From Gaiellales bacterium (GTDB lineage Bacteria > Actinomycetota > Thermoleophilia > Gaiellales > JALYLC01): a stretch of 64,000 nt of DNA. A program made the translations under genes and the position numbers. Below, one piece after another: positions 24,985-32,864 of this stretch. The DNA lies in contig DASRQS010000136.1 in assembly GCA_035696365.1 (NCBI GenBank), positions 259 through 64,258 of the forward strand, in the 5' to 3' direction. The notes under the pieces were generated by a model, which ran no database searches, was not told the origin of the DNA, and saw nothing but the letters and a program-made list of their open reading frames with translations. How positions within the stretch are numbered: position 1 is the first letter of the stretch; each line of letters starts with the position of its first letter.

Positions 24985-26781
24985 TCAGCGTTCGAGTCCG
25001 CGGGGCAACCGCCTCCGCAGGCGGTACATCCTGAGACGTCCGTAGTCCTTCGCGGTTGGCATGTGGCCGACGTAGTCGCAGCCGAGCTCCCGGCGCTGGG
25101 CGAGCTCCAGGGCCGCCGCGAACTGCTCGGTCACGTAGACCGTGCCGGGTGGGGTCACGGGCTCGATCCGCGCGGTGCGGCTGACGTGCGACCCGGCGAA
25201 CACGCGCACGCCCAGGACGGGATCCTCGATGGGGAACACGGGCCCGATGTGCAGGCCCATTCGCAGCACGAGCTGGTCTTCCAATCCGAGCGTGCGCATG
25301 TCGGTCGCCGACATCGCATCCTGCAACTCGAGCGCGCAGTTGGCGGCATGCACGGTGTCGGTCAGGACGACGTACAGCGCGTCGCCCCAGGTGTTCCGGT
25401 GCTCGATCACCTCGTCGTAGCGCGCGAGCACCGCGGCGAAAGCCCCCAGGACGCGCTGCACGACCGCTGGCACCTGCTCGTCCGCGAGCCTCGAGAAGCC
25501 CTTGACGTCGGCGAAGAGCATCGCCCGCATGACCCGTCCGGACGGGTCCGTGACGCCTCCGTTCGGGCCCGGCCGGGGCGCCGGGGGGTCTTCGACCGGA
25601 ATCACGGAGACGGCCTGCCCCGCAGCGCGCCAGGTGGCGATGTCCTGCGCGGTGCCGGCCTCGCCGTCGCCGGGATCGGGGTTCCCGTCCCACACGGCGA
25701 GTTGCCGCACATCGGCGTCCAGATAGCGCGCGCGCAGCAGGGCGAGCCCCATGGCGAGCTCACCGGCGTAGCGGTAGAGGGCGTCGTCGGGCACGAACGC
25801 GTCGTCCGTCGCGTAGGTGACGGTGAACGCCGCGCTCAGGCAGCGGTGGAAGCGCTCCACCCAGGCGGAGCCCGAAGGGGCGACCGAGCTCTCGATGAAC
25901 GCATCGCGAGCGAACGGCAGCACGACATGGAGCTCGGTTCCGCGCGCGAGCAAGGCCTCGGCGCACAGGATGTCCGCGCCGCTCGCCAGCGATCCGTACG
26001 CGTAGCGCGGCGTGTCGCGCGCCAACTCCGCCTGAATGGCATCCGAGACGCCCTGCTCGGCCTCGGCCGGAAACCGCCCGGACGCCCCGACGGCGGCGAT
26101 CCGATGACCGCAGAAATGCGCCACGCCGGGCCCGGCGAGGATGCCGATGATCTCGGCATCCATGCCGGTGAGCGCGCACACGAGGCGCAGCTGCCGGCGG
26201 GTCGTCGCCAGCGATCCGTAGTCGCCACCATGGGTGGCGGCCGCCCGTTCGAGCGCGTCGCGCGCGGCAGGCTCGTCTCCGAGCAGGAGCCTCGCCTCGG
26301 CCTCGGTGGCAGCGGCGTAGTACGAGTCCTCGCCGCTTCGATCGAGCACGGCGAGGGCCGTGCGGGCGAGCTCATGCGCCCTCGCCGGATCGCCGGCGAC
26401 GAGGCTCAGCGTCGCGGCGTTGATCGCCGGGTAGTAGCCGCCTGTGCGGCCATGGATCGCTTCGTACAGATCGCGCGCGCGCACCGCCCCGGCGCGCCGT
26501 TCCCATGGTGGGGCCTCGAGCGCGAGGTCCTTGGCGATGCGCGCCCGGAGTGCTGCGATGTCTTCCTCTTCCGAAGCGCTCAATCCATACTGCAGGAAGC
26601 GCTGCGCCGCCTCTCCCGTGGCGCCGGCGCGCGCGAGCGCAAGCACCGCGCGGTGCTTCAGCCAGAGATCGTCGGGACGCTCGGCGAGCCCCTGCTCCGC
26701 GAGATCGACTGCGGTCAGCAGCTCGCCGCGCCGCTCTGCCCCCTTGACGGCCTCGAGCCAGTCGGTGGCCGGCCGATTCAC
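24985..26781 (-). CDS. Three-module signalling protein: TPR-like (DUF4071-like) N-terminus, SLOG (DprA/LOG-like) centre, class III nucleotide cyclase C-terminus
   Basis: GGYYPAINAATL; YGSLASGADILCAEALLARGTELHVVLP and LAVWDG..GEAGTAQD; cyclase blocks MLFADVKGFS, NTWGDALYVV, RMGLHIGPV and GSHVSRTARIE. Confidence 0.8.
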   Translation of the reverse strand: MNRPATDWLEAVKGAERRGELLTAVDLAEQGLAERPDDLWLKHRAVLALARAGATGEAAQRFLQYGLSASEEEDIAALRARIAKDLALEAPPWERRAGAVRARDLYEAIHGRTGGYYPAINAATLSLVAGDPARAHELARTALAVLDRSGEDSYYAAATEAEARLLLGDEPAARDALERAAATHGGDYGSLATTRRQLRLVCALTGMDAEIIGILAGPGVAHFCGHRIAAVGASGRFPAEAEQGVSDAIQAELARDTPRYAYGSLASGADILCAEALLARGTELHVVLPFARDAFIESSVAPSGSAWVERFHRCLSAAFTVTYATDDAFVPDDALYRYAGELAMGLALLRARYLDADVRQLAVWDGNPDPGDGEAGTAQDIATWRAAGQAVSVIPVEDPPAPRPGPNGGVTDPSGRVMRAMLFADVKGFSRLADEQVPAVVQRVLGAFAAVLARYDEVIEHRNTWGDALYVVLTDTVHAANCALELQDAMSATDMRTLGLEDQLVLRMGLHIGPVFPIEDPVLGVRVFAGSHVSRTARIEPVTPPGTVYVTEQFAAALELAQRRELGCDYVGHMPTAKDYGRLRMYRLRRRLPRGLER

Positions 26782-26860
26782 GCCACCGCCGCGCCGGCGA
26801 CGGGCCGCGCGTGCGGCAGCGGCAGCTTCAGCATCGGCTGAGTGTACGCAGGCCGGAGGC

Positions 26861-28348
26861 TTAGCCGAACTGGTGGTGCCAGAAGTCGTAGAAGGACGCG
26901 ATTCCGGCGTGCACGCCGGACTGCTGCTCGGCCTTGACGAACATGTTGGCCGAGACGTCCGTCCACACGATCACGGAGCAGGTCGTCCCGTGAACGTTGG
27001 TCAGCTTCATCTTCGCGACGAGATCACACTGCCCGGGGGCCTGATAGCAGGCGAAGCGACCGCTGACGGGTCCCATCACGCCGCCGCTCGTCTCGTGGCT
27101 CCACGGACCTTCGCCTCTCCAGTGCGTGCGGTCGCAGCCGCCCGTCGCGGCCTTCAGTTGCGGGTCGGGATTGCCGCCGCGCGCCGCCACCTCGCCGGGA
27201 CCATGGAGCTTGTAGATCGGCTGGAGGTGCGCATTGTCGATGAAGCGATCGAGATGCACCAGGGTGCGGCCGTGCTTCGGATCGTTGTAGTCGCAGTTGA
27301 TGGTCGCCACACCGCCGGCGTGCTCGGTGTTCGCGAAGTTGCAGGCGCTACGGCGAATCACCTTGGGGATCGAGAGCCAGAGCTTGGCCTGGTCGGGATC
27401 GACGCCCGCGGGCACGGCGGCCTTGTCGGTGGCGGTCGTCGTGCCGCCCGCGTTCCCCGCAACGGTGCCCGGAGTGGAGGTCGGCGTGTTCGAGGGGCTC
27501 GCCGAGTTGTCATTGCCGAGCTGGTAGGCAGCGAACAGCGCCAACGCGACGAGGGCCACGACGCCGAGGCCGGCCAGCCCGAGCAACCAGCGCGGAGCGT
27601 CCGAGAGCCCACCGGACTTGCGTCCGCCTGAGCCACCGCCGGCGCCGCCTTGCGCGGGCCGGGGCGAGCCGCCAACGGGGCCGGCACTGGCCGAGCGCGG
27701 CGCGCTTGCCATACCGGCCGACGAGTGGGCCGGCGATTGCAACGCGGGGGCGACGCTCTCCTCGGTCGAAGGCTCCTGGGTCTGACCCGCTTCGTCCGTG
27801 TTGCGAACGTCCCCCGGCATGGCGGCCGGAACACCTGCCGGCGCGCCGGCCTCGAGTGGCAGCGCCGCTTCTGCGTTGCCTTCGCCCGCGCCGATGCGTT
27901 CGAGCAGGTTCAGGAGCCGCGAGACGTCGTATTGCCAGCGCGGACCGTCGGCCATCTCGACGGCGTTGCGAAGCGCGAGCGGCGCCAGCGCTCCCGGAAG
28001 GTCGTCGAGGACAGGCATGACCGCTCCGCCGACCAGTGCAGGGACGACGCGGATATTGCCGCGCCCGAGTGCCGTCTCCACTTCGAGACGCACGTAGTCG
28101 TCCACGTGGTTGAGACGGCGCTCGCCTCGGGTGTCGGCAGCCGTCAGCCAGCGCGGGCCGATCATGACGAACAGCACGTCGCAGCACGACACCGCGGCCT
28201 CGATCGCGTGCTTGAACTCGACACCGATGTCAATCGTGTCGACGTCCATGAAGACGTTGTCCGGGCCGAGCCTGCCGGCCAGGGCGTCGTAGAGGCGGCC
28301 GGCCTGACCGCTCGTGTCCTCGCGCCGGTAGCTGATGAAGACACGCAT
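26861..28348 (-). CDS. Membrane-anchored TIR-domain protein (cytoplasmic TIR, single TM, extracytoplasmic Cys-rich domain)
   Basis: MRVFISYRREDTSGQAGRLYDAL ... DYVRLEVETAL (TIR_2-like). A/G/P-rich linker, then TM WLLGLAGLGVVALVALALFAAY, then a 180-aa C-terminal domain with six Cys. Confidence 0.85.
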   Translation of the reverse strand: MRVFISYRREDTSGQAGRLYDALAGRLGPDNVFMDVDTIDIGVEFKHAIEAAVSCCDVLFVMIGPRWLTAADTRGERRLNHVDDYVRLEVETALGRGNIRVVPALVGGAVMPVLDDLPGALAPLALRNAVEMADGPRWQYDVSRLLNLLERIGAGEGNAEAALPLEAGAPAGVPAAMPGDVRNTDEAGQTQEPSTEESVAPALQSPAHSSAGMASAPRSASAGPVGGSPRPAQGGAGGGSGGRKSGGLSDAPRWLLGLAGLGVVALVALALFAAYQLGNDNSASPSNTPTSTPGTVAGNAGGTTTATDKAAVPAGVDPDQAKLWLSIPKVIRRSACNFANTEHAGGVATINCDYNDPKHGRTLVHLDRFIDNAHLQPIYKLHGPGEVAARGGNPDPQLKAATGGCDRTHWRGEGPWSHETSGGVMGPVSGRFACYQAPGQCDLVAKMKLTNVHGTTCSVIVWTDVSANMFVKAEQQSGVHAGIASFYDFWHHQFG

Positions 28349-28596
28349 CGTTCAGCCCACGCGACCGGCCGGCGCACTCACGCCCATGCCTCGAGCCGCC
28401 ACGCCCGTCCGCCCGGCAACCCGCATCTCGAGACCGAATCTGCCTTCACTCACGCGGGTCCGCGCTCCGACCGTCACCGGCTGACTCGCCGGGATCATCC
28501 GTGGATGGTAGCCCGCGCGACTGCCCGTGTCCAGAGCGGCGGAGCCTCCATTGATTCGCGTGCCGGATCCTCGCGGAATCGTTTGCCTATCGGTTC

Positions 28597-28620
28597 AGAG
28601 CTCATTCTGAAATGAGCTCT
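28597..28620 (-). terminator. 9-bp perfect hairpin abutting the stop of the small secreted ORF
   Basis: agagctcat-tctgaa-atgagctct read directly from the DNA. It is AT-rich relative to its surroundings. Confidence 0.4.
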
Positions 28621-28832
28621 CAGGCGATCCGATGAGGCCAGGCTGCCATGGCCAGGGCCCGCTCGCCCGGCGAAATGTACGTGCGTCCGCCGACGGGCTT
28701 GCGGTTTGCCTGGGCGAGAGACACCGTGCTGTGGCGAATGGCGGGCGTCCGCAGCTGACCGGCGTCAGCGGCTGGCACGGCGAGCGCGCTCAGCAGCAGC
28801 GCACATGCGATGGTGTGGATGCGACGGTTCAT
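28620..28832 (-). CDS. Small secreted protein (hypothetical, 70 aa)
   Basis: Signal peptide MNRRIHTIACALLLSALAVPAADA with an AxA cleavage site. It sits between the STAND regulator and the TIR gene on the same strand. Confidence 0.45.
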   Translation of the reverse strand: MNRRIHTIACALLLSALAVPAADAGQLRTPAIRHSTVSLAQANRKPVGGRTYISPGERALAMAAWPHRIA

Positions 28833-28978
28833 CGGTGCTCCGTTTCCTGACCGGGGCCGTCCGATACGGCCCGACCAGTCGAGCGTGCGCGGTCGCGCTT
28901 GCGACGGGCTATAGGCGCGCTTGCTGCCGCTTGGGAACGTCCTCGCGCCGTGCCCACTCGGCGCCGCGCGAACCGTCG

Positions 28979-31900
28979 TTAGACGGACGCGATCGCTTGG
29001 TCGATCGTGAGCGTTGCCGCTGCGGCGCGAGCCACGGCGAACCGCTTCGCGGCGTCCGGATCGAGTGCGCCGAGCGCGTGCTCGTAGCGGGCCTGAGGAC
29101 TGGGGTCGAAGCGCATCCCGAGTCGCTCCGCCAATCGCTCGCCGGCGCTCCAGAGGGCTCCGGCCGCCTCGGCCTCCCCGCCGGCGCCGGCCACGGCCGC
29201 AAGCCCGAGCAGGCAGTGCGCGGCGACAGCCTGGTACGGAGTGTCGCGTGAGGCCAGAAGGGCGGAGCGGTAGAGCTCCTCGGCTGCGTCGAGGTTGCCG
29301 GCACTCAACTCGAGGTCGGCCAGGGTCTGTGTCGTTCGAGCCACATTTCGGTCGTCACCTGCCTCGCGCGCGACCGTCAGTGCGCGGCCCAGCAGGTCGC
29401 GCGCCGACGGGACGGCACGTCGATCGAGTGCCAATTCGCCGAGGAACCTCAACCGCCCCGCCATCGCTCCTCTGTCGTTCAGCGCGGTGAAGAGCTCGAG
29501 CGACTCCTCGGCTGCCGCCCGCGCCTCCCGATTCCGCCCTCGCTCGCCGGCAAGCTCGGCGAAACCACGCAGCGCCTCGGCCAGCCCGGCCTCGTCGCCG
29601 AGCTCGCGCAGACTCTGGATGCTTTCCTCGTAGCGTTGCTCGGCGACGTCGACGTTGCCGGCGAGAGCGCTCAGGTGGGCGCCGGCCGCGAGCGCGCGCG
29701 CTCGCCCCTCCGGGAGCGCCGGCGGCGCGAGTGCGAGAACCCCGTCGAACCAGCGCGCGCCTTCCTGGTACTGGCCTCGGCGGCGCCAGAAGATCTCGAG
29801 TGCGGTCGCCAGACGCAAGGCGACGGTGCTCTCCTGTTGTGCCACAGCCCAGCTCAGGGCGGCGCGGAAATTGTCCTGCTCGGCGACCAATGCCCGGAAC
29901 CACAGCTCCTGCTCGGGACCGCGAAGCTGCCGTTGAGCCGTCTCCGCCAGCGCGACGAAGTGCTCGGCGAGACGGCGGTGGACGTCGTCCCTCTCGTCGC
30001 CCTCCTCCAGCCGCTCCCAGGCAAACTCGCGGATGGTCTCGAGCAGCCAGAAGCGCTCGCCAGTTCGCTGCAGGAGGCTCTTCTCGACGAGAGCCTGCAG
30101 CGTGTCGAGATCGGCTGCGCAAATGGCCTCGGCTGCCTCGTTGGTGCAGCCGCCGGCGAACACGGCCAGTCGAGCGAGAAGCTGCTGTTCGTCCGGTGCA
30201 AGCAGGTCGAACGACCAGGCGATGCTCGCGCGCAGTGTGTTCTGGCGTGGTTCTCCGCCTCGCCTCGCCTTGAGTAGATCGAGGCGCTCGGCGAGCCGCC
30301 CGAGCATCTGTGCCGGCGAGAGCACGTTCGTGCGCGCAGCGGCGAGCTCGATCGCAAGCGGCAGGCTGTCGAGGCGCCGGCAAAGCTCGCGGACGTCGTC
30401 GCTCGGACCGATGCGGGCGCGCGCGCAGAACAGCGCGACGGCCTCCGGCTCCGCAAGCGCGGGCACGCGGTAGGCGATTTCGCCCTCGACGAGCAGCAGC
30501 TCGCGGCTGGTGACGAGGATTTTCAAGTGTGGTCCGGCTTCGAGCAGTTCCGTCACCAGGGGTGCAGCAGCGAGCACGTGCTCGAAGTTGTCCAATACGA
30601 GCAGGGTCCTCCGCTCGCGTAGTGCGTCGCCGAGCTTCCCCGCATCGGTGTTCGCCAGCGCGTCCGCGATCGCGGGCCCGACCAGGGCGGCTTCAGCGAG
30701 CGGCGCGAGCGCGACGAAGTACGCGCCGTCGCGAAATTCCCGCCAGAGCTCGTGGGCGACCTCGAGCGCGAGTCGCGTCTTTCCGCTGCCACCCGCGCCC
30801 GTCAGCGTCAGAAGACGCGTGTCGGCATCTCGTAGGAGCGCCACGACTTCCGAGACCTCTCTCTCCCGGCCGACGAAGGAGCTCGTGGGACGCCGCAACG
30901 AGATGTTCCCGGTTCCTCGCAGAGGCGGGAAGGACTCGTCGCCGAGCTGGAAGACCCGCACGGGATCCCCGATGTCCCTGAGCCGCTGCTCGCCGAGATC
31001 GCTGACCGCCGTCTGGACGAGGTCGCGGGTGGCCTGCGAGATGAGGACCTGGCCGCCCGACGCGACGGCGCAGATCCGCGCTGCGCGGTGCACGTCCATG
31101 CCGACGTAGCCCTCGTCCGTCAGCACCGGCTCGCCGGTATGCACGCCCATGCGTACCCGCAGTGGCCCGTCCGCGAGCGCGCGCTGCGCGTCGAGCGCGG
31201 CGGCGACAGCGTCAGTCGCGGTGGCGAAGACTGCGAAGAACGCGTCGCCTTGGGTGTCCACCTCCACGCCGGCGTGCGTCTCGAGCGCCTCACGCAGTCG
31301 CTGGCGGTGCTCGGCGAGCGCATTGGCGTAGCTTGCGCCCAGCGTTTCCAGCACGCGGGTCGACCCTTCGACGTCGCAAAACAGTAGCGTCACGGTACCT
31401 TGCGGCAAGTCACGACGCGGTGCGCGCGCCGCTGCCGCCGCCTCCGGTTCGAGCTGGGGGTCATGGTTGAGGATCGCCCGTTCCAGCCGCTGAAGCTCCT
31501 CCGTGGGCTCGAGTCCGAGCGTGTCGCCCAGCAAGCGATGCGTCTGCTGGTACAGCTCGAGCGCCTCGGCCTGGCGGCCGGCGCGGTAGAGCGCGAGCAT
31601 CAGTTGGGCGCGCAGCCGTTCGCGCAGCGGGTGCTCGGCGATCAGCGCCCTCAGCTCGCCGATCAGCTGCGTCTCGCGGCCGAGCTCGAGGTCGGCCGCG
31701 ATGCGCTCCTCGAGCGCAGCAACGCGCGCCTCCTCCAGGCGGCCGATGGCCTCTGCCGCGAACCGGTCATAGGTGAAGTCCGCGAGCGGCGGTCCGCGCC
31801 AGAGCGCGAGCGCCTGCGCGAGGGCCGTCGCTCGGGCCATCGGCTCGGAGCTCCGCGCCTCGCGCAGCACCGTCTCGAATCGCTCCGCGTCCAACTCACC

Positions 31901-32173
31901 CGGCCTCACACGTAGCACGTAGCCGGGTGGGCGGGTGAACAACACGTCCTCACCGAGGGCCTTGCGCAGTGCTGAGACGTACACGTGAACACTCGTGCGC
32001 GCTGCGGGCGGCGCCTGGCCGTCCCAGACCAGATCGATCAGGCGATCGACCGACACCACCTCGTTCGGGTGCAGCAGCAGCACACCGAGCAGCGATCGCT
32101 GGTTGCCACCGCCGATCACCACGGAAGTACCGTCGGCGAGCACTTCCAGCGGGCCCAGAATGCCGAATTCCAT
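28979..32173 (-). CDS. SARP (OmpR-wHTH plus BTAD) - class III cyclase - NB-ARC/STAND ATPase - TPR regulator
   Basis: N-terminus MEFGILGPLEV...RSLLGVLLLHPNEVVSVDRLIDLVW and BTAD; cyclase TLLFCDVEGST..DTQGDAFFAVF..RMGVHTGEP..GMDVHRAARI; P-loop LTGAGGSGKTRLA; long TPR-like tail. Confidence 0.9.
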   Translation of the reverse strand: MEFGILGPLEVLADGTSVVIGGGNQRSLLGVLLLHPNEVVSVDRLIDLVWDGQAPPAARTSVHVYVSALRKALGEDVLFTRPPGYVLRVRPGELDAERFETVLREARSSEPMARATALAQALALWRGPPLADFTYDRFAAEAIGRLEEARVAALEERIAADLELGRETQLIGELRALIAEHPLRERLRAQLMLALYRAGRQAEALELYQQTHRLLGDTLGLEPTEELQRLERAILNHDPQLEPEAAAAARAPRRDLPQGTVTLLFCDVEGSTRVLETLGASYANALAEHRQRLREALETHAGVEVDTQGDAFFAVFATATDAVAAALDAQRALADGPLRVRMGVHTGEPVLTDEGYVGMDVHRAARICAVASGGQVLISQATRDLVQTAVSDLGEQRLRDIGDPVRVFQLGDESFPPLRGTGNISLRRPTSSFVGREREVSEVVALLRDADTRLLTLTGAGGSGKTRLALEVAHELWREFRDGAYFVALAPLAEAALVGPAIADALANTDAGKLGDALRERRTLLVLDNFEHVLAAAPLVTELLEAGPHLKILVTSRELLLVEGEIAYRVPALAEPEAVALFCARARIGPSDDVRELCRRLDSLPLAIELAAARTNVLSPAQMLGRLAERLDLLKARRGGEPRQNTLRASIAWSFDLLAPDEQQLLARLAVFAGGCTNEAAEAICAADLDTLQALVEKSLLQRTGERFWLLETIREFAWERLEEGDERDDVHRRLAEHFVALAETAQRQLRGPEQELWFRALVAEQDNFRAALSWAVAQQESTVALRLATALEIFWRRRGQYQEGARWFDGVLALAPPALPEGRARALAAGAHLSALAGNVDVAEQRYEESIQSLRELGDEAGLAEALRGFAELAGERGRNREARAAAEESLELFTALNDRGAMAGRLRFLGELALDRRAVPSARDLLGRALTVAREAGDDRNVARTTQTLADLELSAGNLDAAEELYRSALLASRDTPYQAVAAHCLLGLAAVAGAGGEAEAAGALWSAGERLAERLGMRFDPSPQARYEHALGALDPDAAKRFAVARAAAATLTIDQAIASV

Positions 32174-32366
32174 CAGCCGCGTCGCGCGACAGCGCGGGAC
32201 GCATTCCTCGCCTTCCTACATGACGTGCTTACTGTATCGCTGCGATCCCGCCTTCATCGCGTCTGGAAGCGCCGTCTTCGCGCCACGGTTCGGACGACTC
32301 CCGGCACGTTGACCGCGCTCCGTCGCGTCTGTAGGCTCGCGGTCCAGCCGAAGAGGGACAACGCGT

Positions 32367-32864
32367 ATGCGGGCACGGCCTTCTCTTCTCGCCACCGGAG
32401 GCGTGGGCTTGTTCTTGGCCCTGGGCTTCGCGTCGCAGGCTGGCGGCACCAGCCAGCAGTCGGCAGCACCGTGGAACAGCGTCGTGCCATCCCACAGGGT
32501 GGTCAGGGGCGTGGTCGGAGGCGGATGCGTCGCGCTCAAGGTCGGTGACGCGTGCGCAGCGACCGCGTCGCTTTTCCCGAGCGCGGCGAGCAATGTCAAC
32601 GAAGCCGCCATGGGTGTTCAGGGCGGCACTCTCGAGAACCCGCATTGCGTGGGAGACGCCGAGCGTCCGGACCCGGCACCCGGCTATCTGTGCATTTATC
32701 CGAACGAGCCCGAGCTCGTCAATGTCGCAAAGACCGGGGAAGGGCTTCTCAGCGCCGAGCCGCACCCGATCTCCAACGGTCGGCGCGGCTTCAAGCTGAT
32801 CTGGAGCGCCCAAGCACCTGGCAGCACCCAGCTCTACGCAGTCTGGGCATACCGTGCGCCGTAG
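32367..32864 (+). CDS. Secreted protein of unknown function
   Basis: GAGGGA ribosome-binding site and signal-like N-terminus MRARPSLLATGGVGLFLALGFASQAGG. The end overlaps the pstS start. Confidence 0.5.
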   Translation: MRARPSLLATGGVGLFLALGFASQAGGTSQQSAAPWNSVVPSHRVVRGVVGGGCVALKVGDACAATASLFPSAASNVNEAAMGVQGGTLENPHCVGDAERPDPAPGYLCIYPNEPELVNVAKTGEGLLSAEPHPISNGRRGFKLIWSAQAPGSTQLYAVWAYRAP

